Source of the DNA: an uncultured Candidatus Saccharibacteria bacterium
GTDB taxonomy: Bacteria > Patescibacteriota > Minisyncoccia > UBA6257 > UBA11618
Direction: 5' to 3'
Length of the DNA: 64,000 nt
Assembly (NCBI GenBank): GCA_964432405.1
Contig: CAYSNH010000001.1
Location: forward strand, 122,932 to 186,931
Part shown: positions 26,470-36,043 of the stretch, piece by piece
How positions within the stretch are numbered: position 1 is the first letter of the stretch
How the letters are laid out: each line of letters starts with the position of its first letter
Program-made: the position numbers and the translations under genes
The notes under the pieces: model-generated
Told to the model about the DNA's origin: nothing
Databases searched by the model: none
What the model saw: the letters and a program-made list of their open reading frames with translations, nothing else

Positions 26470-27572
26470 CTCTTAATCGGCATCAAGATATAAAAGTGAG
26501 ATGTATCATCGGCTGATTTTATTACCGATGGACGATTATTACCATTAACTCCAAAAATTAAATTCTCAGAATCAATAACTTTCAGCCCATCAATTAAATA
26601 ACGCCAATTAAAGGCAACGTTATCAAAATCTTTTCCATCGCTCTTGGTAGGGATCATATAATTATTCTCCCCTAACATCTGATTAGCTAAATAAACCTCC
26701 ATCACCTTATTATTTTTAAGAGCGAGATTAACATCATTATTTTTTCCACTAAAAGTGCTAACTAAACGAACAGCGTTAATAAAATGATCCTTATTAACAC
26801 TTAACTCAGTTTCAATGCTCTTGGGAATAATCTGCTCATAGTCCGGATAATCTCCATCTATTAATCTAGATATTATTTGTAGATTATTGTTCTTAAAAAG
26901 AATTTGATTATCGTCTATAAAAATCTTAATAGGCTCATCATCGCTAAACACCCTTAACACCTCCTGAACAGTCTTCAGTGGAACGATTACCTTAAAGCTG
27001 TGGTTTATATCGGATTTGAATTGATTGGAGCTAATACTCTTCTCTGCGAGCCTAAAACTATCGGTCGCCACTAATTTTATAAGTGTTACTTGATAATCGA
27101 TTAGCAAACCACTAATCTCTGGTCTAATCTCTGATATTTGAGCGGCACTAATAACCTTATTAACAGCCTTTCTTAAAATAACAGGATTGAACTCTATAAA
27201 ATTCTCGCTTTTAACTTGAGGGATAACCGGAAACTCATCTTCTTTAAGTCCTTGGATCTTAGCTTCATAATTATCTGTTTTAAAAATAAAGTTATCTCCA
27301 TCCTTTTCCAAACTAACTCTTTCTTGATTAGTGTTATTAACAATATTGTTTAAAGTATTAAAAGGAATTGTTAATCCACCCTCTTCAATTATTTTTCCGG
27401 AAACAGTTTTTGTAATAGCTAGTTCTAAATTAGTGGTTGAGATATTAATCTTATTACCATTAGTTTTTAATAAAACATTTCTAAGAATTGGTAGATTAGA
27501 ACTTTCCCCTATAGCTCTCTCTACAGAAGATAACCCACCCTTTAAATTACTTTTCAATATAATAACCTTCAT
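26466..27572 (-). CDS. dnaN: DNA polymerase III beta sliding clamp
   Basis: 368 aa with a three-domain clamp pattern, immediately downstream of dnaA. Confidence 0.9.
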   Translation of the reverse strand: MKVIILKSNLKGGLSSVERAIGESSNLPILRNVLLKTNGNKINISTTNLELAITKTVSGKIIEEGGLTIPFNTLNNIVNNTNQERVSLEKDGDNFIFKTDNYEAKIQGLKEDEFPVIPQVKSENFIEFNPVILRKAVNKVISAAQISEIRPEISGLLIDYQVTLIKLVATDSFRLAEKSISSNQFKSDINHSFKVIVPLKTVQEVLRVFSDDEPIKIFIDDNQILFKNNNLQIISRLIDGDYPDYEQIIPKSIETELSVNKDHFINAVRLVSTFSGKNNDVNLALKNNKVMEVYLANQMLGENNYMIPTKSDGKDFDNVAFNWRYLIDGLKVIDSENLIFGVNGNNRPSVIKSADDTSHFYILMPIKS

Positions 27573-27836
27573 ATTACTAATATATTTATATATTAATTAT
27601 TAATAGTAGTAGTAGTTAGTAGTGTCGGACCTTTTTTGTGAATAACCTATTATAACCCTTTTATAATCGAATTAAAAATATTTTTTTAAATATGATAATC
27701 TGTTCACTTCCTGTGGATTAAGTTTGGATAAGATAGGAGTAAGTGGTTGGTAACTTTAGTCTTTGTTGAATGGGGTGTTTTTTATTAACTATTTATCCAT
27801 AACTAACTCACTAGTAATCCTCAGTTTATCCACAAG
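27573..27836. promoter_or_regulatory. Candidate oriC: DnaA-box cluster plus AT-rich unwinding element in the dnaA-dnaN intergenic region
   Basis: A perfect TTATCCACA at 27826-27834, TTATCCATA at 27793-27801, TGTGGATTA at 27713-27721, TTGGATAAG at 27725-27733, and AT-rich repeats (atatatttatatattaattattaatagtagtagtag) at about 27580-27625. Confidence 0.6.
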
Positions 27837-29198
27837 TTATCCCTTATCAATAATATCTCTGATCATGATTATTTTTTGGTTCAACATTTGATTTTTTAAA
27901 ATCTCTTTTTTGATTTTATCATAGGCATAAATAGCTGTAGTATGATCTCTTTTACCCAATTTATTAGCAATGTAAGGATAAGATAATCCTAAGATATCCC
28001 TCAAAAGATATATAGATACTTGTCGCGGTTCAACAATCTCCTTTTTTCTAGATCGGCTAATTATATCATTGATAGAAATCTCAAAAAAGTTAGATACGAC
28101 TTTCATTATTTGATCAGGATTGGTTGTTTTAGCTGGTTTTTGAACTATATTATCAATTATTTGATCAAGTGTTTTAGCGCTAACCTCCTCTTTTTTAACC
28201 TCTTTATAAAATAAAACCTTATTTAAAATACCTTCCAACTCCCTTAAATTCTTCTGAGTCTTACCAGCTATAGCATTAACAACCTCGTCGCTTAACTCCA
28301 CCCCTTTTTCTTCTAATTTATTACGTAAAACAGCTACCTTAAGCTCGAAATCAGGTGATGATATATCAACTGTCATCCCACCTTCGAAGCGAGAGCTTAG
28401 TCTTTCCTCAAGAACAGGTATGAATTTAGGTGATCTATCAGAAGATAATATAATCTGTTTATTTTGTTCAAATAAGGCATTAAATGTGTGAAAGAACTCC
28501 TCCTCAGTCTTCTCTTTACCACCAATGAATTGAATATCATCAATAATTAAAACATCTATATTTCTATATTTAGCCTTTATAGTATCCATTCTCTTATTTC
28601 TCATCGCCCAAATAACATCATTGGTGAATTTTTCAGAGGAAACATATTTAACTTTAATATTTCCCTTAGACTTCTTTTTTATCTCGTTACCAGCCGCTTG
28701 AATCAGGTGGGTTTTACCAACTCCCACTCCCCCATAAATAAAAAGAGGGTTGTATTTATTACCCACTGAATTAAGAACGGCTGTTATTGCTGCATAAGCT
28801 AGCTCATTAGTTGATCCAACAGCATAAGACTGAAGAGTGTACTGAGGATTGAGGCTGGTTTCAGGGTCTATCTTGAATTCAGTAAAGCTTAACTGAGTTT
28901 CGTTTTCAGAAGGGGTTTTTTCTACAAGATCACTTGGTATTAAAGGTTTCTTTTGAGAGTAGATAATAAACTCGATCTTCTTAACAGTCTCATCTAGCGA
29001 TCGTAAAGAACCTAAAATAACTTTATCGTACTTTTTTTCTACCCATTCCTTAGCAAAGTTATTAGGTAGGCCTATAACTACCAAACCATCTTTCTTATCA
29101 ACAACCTTACTATTCTTAAACCATGTAACGAAGTTAGGTTTTGATACTTGAAGCTCAATATCTCCCAAGGCCTTTTCCCAAAACTGATTTAGATCCAT
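27837..29198 (-). CDS. dnaA: Chromosomal replication initiator DnaA
   Basis: 453 aa; AAA+ Walker A GGVGVGKTHL, and a C-terminal DNA-binding domain. Confidence 0.95.
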   Translation of the reverse strand: MDLNQFWEKALGDIELQVSKPNFVTWFKNSKVVDKKDGLVVIGLPNNFAKEWVEKKYDKVILGSLRSLDETVKKIEFIIYSQKKPLIPSDLVEKTPSENETQLSFTEFKIDPETSLNPQYTLQSYAVGSTNELAYAAITAVLNSVGNKYNPLFIYGGVGVGKTHLIQAAGNEIKKKSKGNIKVKYVSSEKFTNDVIWAMRNKRMDTIKAKYRNIDVLIIDDIQFIGGKEKTEEEFFHTFNALFEQNKQIILSSDRSPKFIPVLEERLSSRFEGGMTVDISSPDFELKVAVLRNKLEEKGVELSDEVVNAIAGKTQKNLRELEGILNKVLFYKEVKKEEVSAKTLDQIIDNIVQKPAKTTNPDQIMKVVSNFFEISINDIISRSRKKEIVEPRQVSIYLLRDILGLSYPYIANKLGKRDHTTAIYAYDKIKKEILKNQMLNQKIIMIRDIIDKG

Positions 29199-29312
29199 AT
29201 CCTTATTTTAATCACTCTCATCAACTCGTCAAAATTTCAATGAAATAAGTCTTAGTTTAATAACATGTGGATTAGTTGTGGAAAACTATATTTTCTGGTA
29301 TAAATAATTATT
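29199..29312. promoter_or_regulatory. dnaA upstream region with additional DnaA-box-like sites; divergent rpmH/dnaA promoters
   Basis: TGTGGATTA at 29265-29273 and TTGTGGAAAA at about 29275. Confidence 0.4.
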
Positions 29313-29447
29313 ATGTCAACAACATATCAACCTAAGAAAAGAAAGAGAAAGAGAGTCCACGGATTCTTAAAAAGAAGCAGTACCCCTAGCGGTCGACGGG
29401 TTATAAAGAGCCGTCGTCAAAAGGGTAGAAAAAACATTACTGTTTAA
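29313..29447 (+). CDS. rpmH: 50S ribosomal protein L34
   Basis: 44 aa, not in the ORF track; [44 protein letters not shown], a classic L34, with its stop overlapping the rnpA ATG (TAAATG). Confidence 0.85.
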   Translation: MSTTYQPKKRKRKRVHGFLKRSSTPSGRRVIKSRRQKGRKNITV

Positions 29448-29750
29448 ATGCTAGCCAAAAAAAACAGGCTTCCTATTCAATACTTAAAGAGTAAAAAACC
29501 AGAAGTTAAACGCTCCCCCTCTCTTACTCTAAAAAAATATCCTAATGATAAAAACCTTCCTCGGGTAGGGGTTATGGTTGGTAAAAAAACAGTTAAGTCA
29601 GCTGTTAAGAGAAACGAGTTAAAGAGACTGGTCTTTGATCAGGTGGGAAAAATATTATCTGAATTAAAATCATTTGATTATTTAGTTGTGATTAGTAAGA
29701 ATAATTCTAAAGAACAATTAATCGAAGAAATTAATAAATTATTTAAATAG
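29448..29750 (+). CDS. rnpA: RNase P protein component
   Basis: 100 aa, basic; KKNRLPIQYLK…PRVGVMVGKK fits the RnpA pattern and the conserved position after rpmH. Confidence 0.85.
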   Translation: MLAKKNRLPIQYLKSKKPEVKRSPSLTLKKYPNDKNLPRVGVMVGKKTVKSAVKRNELKRLVFDQVGKILSELKSFDYLVVISKNNSKEQLIEEINKLFK

Positions 29751-30479
29751 ATGTTTAACACCTTCCTCACACAACCTATATTCAACGCCCTTATTTTTTT
29801 ATACAACAACATTGGAGATTTTGGAGTATCTATTATTTTATTAACTTTAATTATCAGAACTATTCTCGCTCCTCTTTTTTATAAGAGTTTTAAGAATCAA
29901 ACTCTCTTACAAAAACTTCAACCAGAGATACAAAAAATCCAACACGATCACAAGCATGATCGTGAAGAGCAAGCTCGAAGAATGTTGGAGTTATATCGTC
30001 AACACAAGGTTAACCCTTTTGCTGGCTTCTTGTTAATACTTGTTCAACTACCTATATTAATTGCAGTCTATAGGGTTTTTTATTTAGGAGTCACAGATGA
30101 AACATTAAAAAATCTTTATTCTTTCGTTTCCCACCCGGACGTGGTTAATAGCAGTTTTCTTGGCTTGATTGATTTATCAAATCGGAGTATTCTTATTGTT
30201 GTTTTAGCTGCTGTCTTTCAGTATGTGCACGGTCGTCTAACTCTTCCTAAAATAAAGGAGGGTGAGCCAGAGCCACAAGCTGTTAAGGTTAGCAAGAAGA
30301 TGATTTGGATTGGTCCAGTATTAGCGATCGCTATATTAATAACCATGCCTTCCGCTGTTGGAATTTATTGGTTAACAACAACCTTATTTTCTTTAGCTCA
30401 ACAAATATATATTAATAAAAAGATTTATGGAGATGACGAAAGCAACAATACAACGAATCCTGGAGTTAGTGGGGTTTAA
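29751..30479 (+). CDS. yidC: Membrane protein insertase YidC/Oxa1 (short form)
   Basis: 242 aa with 5 TM; …ILAPLFYKS…LQPEIQKIQ…YRQHKVNPFAG… are conserved YidC core motifs. Confidence 0.85.
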   Translation: MFNTFLTQPIFNALIFLYNNIGDFGVSIILLTLIIRTILAPLFYKSFKNQTLLQKLQPEIQKIQHDHKHDREEQARRMLELYRQHKVNPFAGFLLILVQLPILIAVYRVFYLGVTDETLKNLYSFVSHPDVVNSSFLGLIDLSNRSILIVVLAAVFQYVHGRLTLPKIKEGEPEPQAVKVSKKMIWIGPVLAIAILITMPSAVGIYWLTTTLFSLAQQIYINKKIYGDDESNNTTNPGVSGV

Positions 30480-30855
30480 GGATTTTTCTATTAACTTAGA
30501 TAATGAAGGAAGAAAATTAATAATCTTTATTAACGAAGGAGATTGGTTTAAAGCATGGGTTCCTAGGGTTATTAGCGATCTTAATCATATCGCTAAGGTT
30601 TTAGCTAATAAAAACAATCACAACCCTGTTTTTATTGATGTAAATAATTATCGCAAAGAACGAGAGAATATTATTATAGATATTGCTAAGGCTGCTGCAA
30701 GAAAAGTAGTTATTACTAAGGAAGACGTTAGATTGCCAGCTATGAACTCTTATGAAAGAAGGATTGTTCATCTAGAACTATCTACTCGTCCAGATGTAGA
30801 AACTGAAAGCGCTGGTGAGGGAGTTAGTCGCTGTGTTATTGTGAAGCCTCTTTAA
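30427..30855 (+). CDS. jag: Jag/KhpB-like R3H RNA-binding protein
   Basis: R3H motif YERRIVHLELS, in the conserved position after yidC. Overlaps the yidC end by 53 nt, so the start may lie slightly downstream. Confidence 0.8.
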   Translation: MEMTKATIQRILELVGFKDFSINLDNEGRKLIIFINEGDWFKAWVPRVISDLNHIAKVLANKNNHNPVFIDVNNYRKERENIIIDIAKAAARKVVITKEDVRLPAMNSYERRIVHLELSTRPDVETESAGEGVSRCVIVKPL

Positions 30856-31999
30856 CAACCTCTTCATCTACCCCCTCCTCTTCCTCCTCAGTCATTTCTT
30901 TAGTATCAGTTGCTAGCGTTAAGCTATAAAGCTTTCTATTAAATCTATTAATAAAATATAATTTATTATCTATTATTTTTAAGTCGATAGCATCAATGTT
31001 ATCAGATCCGTTATATAAGCTACTCGTTTTAATTGATTGATTATCATCATCAATAGTAAAAGATTTAATAACATCGTTAGATATAAACTCTCTATTTAAA
31101 TAGTCATCGGGTAGAGATGTGTTCGAAGGTATTTGATTTGGGATGGCGCAGTAAAAAATATTTTGATTAATAACACATTTAGAAGCTAGGGTTTTGAAAT
31201 CAAAATTAACAACAATTTTATTTATCTCTGAATTAATTAAGTTAAAAATTCCACCATCTTTCTTATTAAAGGCAGATGTTAATCTCCAATTCCCTTTTTG
31301 ATTAATCATTAAACCGTTACCAGAAGCCACTTTATTAATTTTTTTAGTACTTAGGTTAATTAGCCAAGCATTGGAAATATATTTGGTGGTAGGTCTATCT
31401 ATCGCGATCACCTCACTTGGCGTCACCCAGCTTAATTCAGAGCCTGTTAAATGGATATTTAAAATAGATCTAGAAGAGCCTTTTTTAAGATCTAGTATTT
31501 TTAAATTATTATTATTTAAATAAATAATCTCATTAGAGTTTTCCGGGTGCCAGTCGGCAGAGGTGGTATTTTTAGGAAGAGGTGTCCAGTTATTATCATT
31601 GGTGTTGTATATAGAAAAAAATGGTTGATTAGGATAATTAAATTTAATCATTATTTTTCTACCATCCTCAGAAGATTTAACCTTATTAATCCCCTCTATT
31701 TTTTGACTAGATATTTTTTCAGAATCTGAGCCAGTATTCTTTTTTATTTCTCCTAACGCGTTAATAATATAAATATTTTTTGTGGCCGGATTAATAGAGT
31801 AACCAAGAACATCTTCTTGTGATAAAATATTTATCTTATTTTCAGCAACCACACCAAGCTCACCATCTTTAGAGTCATCAGTTAGTAGATCCACTATTTT
31901 AAAATCTATATTACTATCTGAGTCTAAAAATAAATAAATTAAAAAACCGGTAATAATAATTATAAGAATTATTGAGATTGTTATAATAATTTTTCGCAT
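30836..31999 (-). CDS. Hypothetical N-terminally membrane-anchored protein with repetitive beta-rich (propeller-like) extracellular domain and acidic C-terminal tail
   Basis: 387 aa; TM at residues 5-25, N/S/T-rich repeats, C-terminal EEEEEGVDEE. This is the last gene of the T4SS-like block. Confidence 0.4.
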   Translation of the reverse strand: MRKIIITISIILIIIITGFLIYLFLDSDSNIDFKIVDLLTDDSKDGELGVVAENKINILSQEDVLGYSINPATKNIYIINALGEIKKNTGSDSEKISSQKIEGINKVKSSEDGRKIMIKFNYPNQPFFSIYNTNDNNWTPLPKNTTSADWHPENSNEIIYLNNNNLKILDLKKGSSRSILNIHLTGSELSWVTPSEVIAIDRPTTKYISNAWLINLSTKKINKVASGNGLMINQKGNWRLTSAFNKKDGGIFNLINSEINKIVVNFDFKTLASKCVINQNIFYCAIPNQIPSNTSLPDDYLNREFISNDVIKSFTIDDDNQSIKTSSLYNGSDNIDAIDLKIIDNKLYFINRFNRKLYSLTLATDTKEMTEEEEEGVDEEVVKEASQ

Positions 32000-32003
32000 T
32001 TAA

Positions 32004-33281
32004 TTATGGTTTAGTAGATGGTTGTTTAACATTGGGAATTTCAACGGTAAAGGTTGATTTATCAACGCGCACATCTAATATTGATGGATTAATTATATAT
32101 AAAATAGTGGTAGCTAGAGCTAAAAGAACAAGTCCAAATATAGCGCTTGTAATAATGTCTTTAGCCTCCGCTATTTTACTAGTATTACCACCTGAAACGG
32201 TCCACATCACGCCGCCGTAGGTAATCATTATAAAAGCAAGAATACCAGATATACCTAAGGCAAACTGATAAATTAAAACTATATAACCACCAATATCTTC
32301 CACTTGCTCCTTTCCTAGTATAGGAACGCAAAGTTTATAACCAAGACCATCCGGCCCACATTCTAATTTTTTAACATTCGTAATCTCAAGGCTGCCCTTA
32401 CCAGACATAAGAAAGGTTAGCTTGTCATTGTAGATTCTCATTGTAGCACTCGACCTAGTCTCTCCCCGTCGCCTTTGTTCATTAGTAACGCGCTCCGCAT
32501 AAGTCCTAGCAGCCGCTCTATTAAACTCATCTCTATTAATATCTAACCAACTTGCTGTTAAAGCAGCGTGATCCTTTATAAAACCACCCTTTCCCTCCCA
32601 TAGAGCTTGAAAAGTGGATCTATATGCCACATCACCTTCTTCAGAATCAAAATAAGCTAAAAGGTCACTTTTACCACCGTTAGCTCTAGCCTTAAAAATA
32701 CCCGAGGGGCCATACTTACTAGCCCACCTTTGATTAAGCCTGGCCTTGTCTTCTGGGTAAAGACTCATGCTCATCAACTCAGTAAAAAATAATTTTTCAT
32801 TAGTGCCATTTCCATCAGAGCCTAAAACAATTCTATCCTCAGGGTAAAGGGTTCCTTGTATAAATAATAATTTACCTCTTAAAACATCGTGACCATTATC
32901 ATTTCCTAGGCGATTTAAATCACTTGAAAAAATATTACCCGTTATTCGCTCGTACTCATCAGCTAACCTTTTTCTATACTCTCCAGACGTGCCTTTTAAT
33001 AAGTTCCAAGTAGTGAGCTCGTCTACATCAAGGTATGGATCGTAAAGAGCTCTCTTCATTGTTTGAGCATCTCTCTTAATTTTTCTAGCTAGATCCACTT
33101 CACTTAAATGATCTAATCTATCTGTTGATGTCGTTCGGTCTATATTTGTCATTGAGACATTTCTTGCCCCAGCCCTTGTTTCAGCTCCTTCTCTGGCAAG
33201 CTCTGCCTCCATAGATAATTGACTAAAGGCAATAGGAGTTGATAGAACAAATAATATTATAATAATAAAAACTTTTCTCAT
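32004..33281 (-). CDS. Secreted protein with C-terminal VirB2/TrbC-like pilin domain
   Basis: 425 aa with a signal peptide MRKVFIIIILFVLSTPIAFS. The C-terminal roughly 90 aa form two hydrophobic helices separated by VSGGNTSKIAEAKD, a pattern shared with the paralogs at 60424..61811. Confidence 0.45.
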   Translation of the reverse strand: MRKVFIIIILFVLSTPIAFSQLSMEAELAREGAETRAGARNVSMTNIDRTTSTDRLDHLSEVDLARKIKRDAQTMKRALYDPYLDVDELTTWNLLKGTSGEYRKRLADEYERITGNIFSSDLNRLGNDNGHDVLRGKLLFIQGTLYPEDRIVLGSDGNGTNEKLFFTELMSMSLYPEDKARLNQRWASKYGPSGIFKARANGGKSDLLAYFDSEEGDVAYRSTFQALWEGKGGFIKDHAALTASWLDINRDEFNRAAARTYAERVTNEQRRRGETRSSATMRIYNDKLTFLMSGKGSLEITNVKKLECGPDGLGYKLCVPILGKEQVEDIGGYIVLIYQFALGISGILAFIMITYGGVMWTVSGGNTSKIAEAKDIITSAIFGLVLLALATTILYIINPSILDVRVDKSTFTVEIPNVKQPSTKP

Positions 33282-33940
33282 TTTATTGTTAGATTTATTT
33301 TTTTAATAGCCACTTCACCAATATTTTTATTATTAATTACATTTATATTTAAATTAACAGAGGTTGGGCTGTTGTTAGTTGGTATATCTAGCTCTAAAAT
33401 ATTAGGCCTCTTAACATCCTTACCAGAGTGCTTAATATTATTAGAAAGCCAATTAAAGTTTAAATCCGATAGATTGCCTATATTAAAAAATAAGGGCCAC
33501 GCCTTAATGATACTTATTCCAGCTGGTATCGTATGATTCATAAAATTTCTTTCAATAATAACTTTGGGAATTACTTTAGGAATGATAAAGCTTTTTTCTA
33601 AATTACCTCCTTCAATATTTTTTATTAAAACCCTAACAAATATATTGCTACGACTCACATTAAATTTATTAGCAGTTATTTTTTGTAGGCCAACACCTTT
33701 TTGAAATAGCTTTCCATCTATATGCCACTCTATTAATTTATTTTTAACATTTAATAATCTACCACCCTCTATTAACTCAAAGCTCATATTTAATGAGGAG
33801 CCGTCAGTTGGCATTATTTTCCCCTGGTAAAATCCTGGTACAAAACTACCCCCCTCCCAATTAAATAAAAATTCTTGTCCTTGAGCAAGAGCGGGTAGAG
33901 ATAATAAACAAATAAAAATTATTAAAATTATACGATTCAT
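33278..33940 (-). CDS. Hypothetical secreted protein
   Basis: 220 aa, signal peptide …LPALAQGQ, N-rich beta-type sequence. Confidence 0.4.
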   Translation of the reverse strand: MNRIILIIFICLLSLPALAQGQEFLFNWEGGSFVPGFYQGKIMPTDGSSLNMSFELIEGGRLLNVKNKLIEWHIDGKLFQKGVGLQKITANKFNVSRSNIFVRVLIKNIEGGNLEKSFIIPKVIPKVIIERNFMNHTIPAGISIIKAWPLFFNIGNLSDLNFNWLSNNIKHSGKDVKRPNILELDIPTNNSPTSVNLNINVINNKNIGEVAIKKINLTIK

Positions 33941-34353
33941 ATTTTAGTAATTACTTTAGTAGTCATCCTAACCTTAGACTTCTTTTTTCTTTTAGGTCCC
34001 CTTTTAACTTTAGACCCCTTACCTGTTACCGAGCTAACTTTATGCACTGTTTCTGAGGCGATTGATTCAGGATGGTTGTGAATGTATATAGTTGAGATAA
34101 GTAAAATCGTCTTTAATGGAAGGGCGTTTAAAAAAGGAATAAACTCAATTAATACTGATGCGGCGTATAACTCACCTCTTGCTCCTCTGAACAATAACCA
34201 AAACTGAACAGGTAGCCACACAATAATATTTATAATCCATTTCACAACTTCTCCTGGTCCAATAGCAAAAGTAACCACCATTTCTATTAACTCAGCAAGA
34301 GCAACAAATCCTACTAAGATAAAAGATTCTATTAATCCAATCTTACTACCCAT
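33937..34353 (-). CDS. Small membrane protein (3-4 TM) downstream of VirB4
   Basis: 138 aa with a hydrophobic core and a basic C-terminal tail. Confidence 0.4.
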   Translation of the reverse strand: MGSKIGLIESFILVGFVALAELIEMVVTFAIGPGEVVKWIINIIVWLPVQFWLLFRGARGELYAASVLIEFIPFLNALPLKTILLISTIYIHNHPESIASETVHKVSSVTGKGSKVKRGPKRKKKSKVRMTTKVITKI

Positions 34354-36043
34354 TTAATAAATCTTTTGGATTAGTTGTAATAATCTGATCTTCAAGATAA
34401 GAAGCTACTATCTTAATAATGACATGATTTAGGCCTGCAAAAAATAGCCCCTCTCCCACAGGGGTGTCTAATAAGAAGTTTTTTTCACTATCCGTTAGAT
34501 TAAAGGTTTTTGCCAATAAATCGATCATTGCTGGTTGTTGCTTTAATAGTATTTGTAGGGCGGAGTTGGTGATAATGGGTCTTCCATAAGGAGATCTTAA
34601 AAAGTCTTCAACGTCTTGAGTGATAGTAGTAACGCCTAAGTAGTATTTTCTCGCTCTCTTAACTAAACCAAACATGAAAGAGGCGCCATCAGGATATTTC
34701 ATCATCCACCAAGCCTCATCAACTATCATTACTCGTTGTTTTAATTCACTCTTAATTAAATTCCAAATAAAGTTAACAATTATATACATTGCTATTGGTC
34801 TTAACTCCTCCTCCAGGTCTCTAATAGAAAAAACAACTAGTCGATTCCTTACATTAACGTTGGTTGGTTGGTTAACAAATCCCGCATAACTTCCCTGGGT
34901 GTATCGATATAGGCGCTGAGCCAAGGACTGACCACCAGTCAAGCTATTAAGAACAGTTTCTAAATCAGATAATAACGGCGGTTGAGCTTTAGAAAAATCT
35001 TTTCCAGGTACTATGTCTCTCGAAGCATAAGTTTCAGCCACAGCTCTGTCTAAGAGAGCTTCTTCTTCAGGAGTTATCTCTCCTAGCATTATCTTTAATA
35101 AGCCAGTTATATTAACTATGTGAGATCGTAGGGCGTCAGCAGGATCTTCATCCTTAGGGATGATTGGTAGATCAAAAGGATTGATATGATCCTTAGAGGC
35201 TAAGGAGATGTTAAAGAAGCTGCCACCTACCGCCTCGGCTAGATTTTTATATTCATTCTCGGGATCGATAATTAAAACATCCGTCCCAGTCATTAGTAGT
35301 CTCAATGCTTCCAGCTTTGCAGCATATGACTTACCAGCACCAGAGGTAGCAAAGATAACTTGATTAGCATTTTCTAGAGAGAATCGATCAAAAATAACTA
35401 AGGTGTTATTACTAAGATTGATACCTTGTAGAACCCCGCTGTCCGAGGTTAGTGTGGCAGAAACAAAAGGAAAAAATGAAGATGCTGGCGAGGAGTTAAA
35501 AGGAGATGTGATCATTAGAGAGTCTGTGCCTATCGGTAAAGCTGCATCAAAAGCCTCTATTTGCTGGAAGGTTGCCGGCTTGCTATAAACCAAGCGACTT
35601 TCTAATAAGTGATTAATCTTACCCTCCAACTTTTTTAATTCATTAACACTATCAGCATAAATAGTTATATAAACCGAGACATTAAATAAATGTTCAGTTG
35701 CTTGCTGTAGGGAGTCTCGTAGAGACTCAACATCTTGAAGAGCCGTCTCTAATTTAGGACTCCTAACCATACCCTTTTCACTTTTCTCAATTACCTGAGA
35801 TTCTATCTGAGCCGTCTTTTTTCTTAAGTTTTTTAAAGCAATAGCTGTATCTACCGGATGAACAAAGATAGATACATCCATTAATTCAGGAGCATTAATA
35901 ATTGGCGAGAACCATCCTGTGGCTAGGTAGCGAGGATAGGCTGAGATAAATATAGTCTTAGTATATTTATTACCCAGCTTTAAATAATTAGGATTAACCT
36001 CTAAAGCAGATGGAGCTATTATATTTTTAATTTCATTATTCAT
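34346..36043 (-). CDS. virB4: VirB4/TraE/TrbE-family T4SS ATPase, ATPase domain
   Basis: 565 aa; Walker A IFATSGAGKSY, the VirB4-characteristic IIDPENEY, and Walker B MIVDEAWWMM, with an overall Gram-positive-type VirB4 layout. Confidence 0.85.
   Translation of the reverse strand: MNNEIKNIIAPSALEVNPNYLKLGNKYTKTIFISAYPRYLATGWFSPIINAPELMDVSIFVHPVDTAIALKNLRKKTAQIESQVIEKSEKGMVRSPKLETALQDVESLRDSLQQATEHLFNVSVYITIYADSVNELKKLEGKINHLLESRLVYSKPATFQQIEAFDAALPIGTDSLMITSPFNSSPASSFFPFVSATLTSDSGVLQGINLSNNTLVIFDRFSLENANQVIFATSGAGKSYAAKLEALRLLMTGTDVLIIDPENEYKNLAEAVGGSFFNISLASKDHINPFDLPIIPKDEDPADALRSHIVNITGLLKIMLGEITPEEEALLDRAVAETYASRDIVPGKDFSKAQPPLLSDLETVLNSLTGGQSLAQRLYRYTQGSYAGFVNQPTNVNVRNRLVVFSIRDLEEELRPIAMYIIVNFIWNLIKSELKQRVMIVDEAWWMMKYPDGASFMFGLVKRARKYYLGVTTITQDVEDFLRSPYGRPIITNSALQILLKQQPAMIDLLAKTFNLTDSEKNFLLDTPVGEGLFFAGLNHVIIKIVASYLEDQIITTNPKDLLNG

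Noticed and set aside
27331-28214. ORFs 27331..27603 (+) and 28020..28214 (+)
   Set aside because: Antisense to dnaN and dnaA respectively. The first also runs into the oriC AT-rich region.
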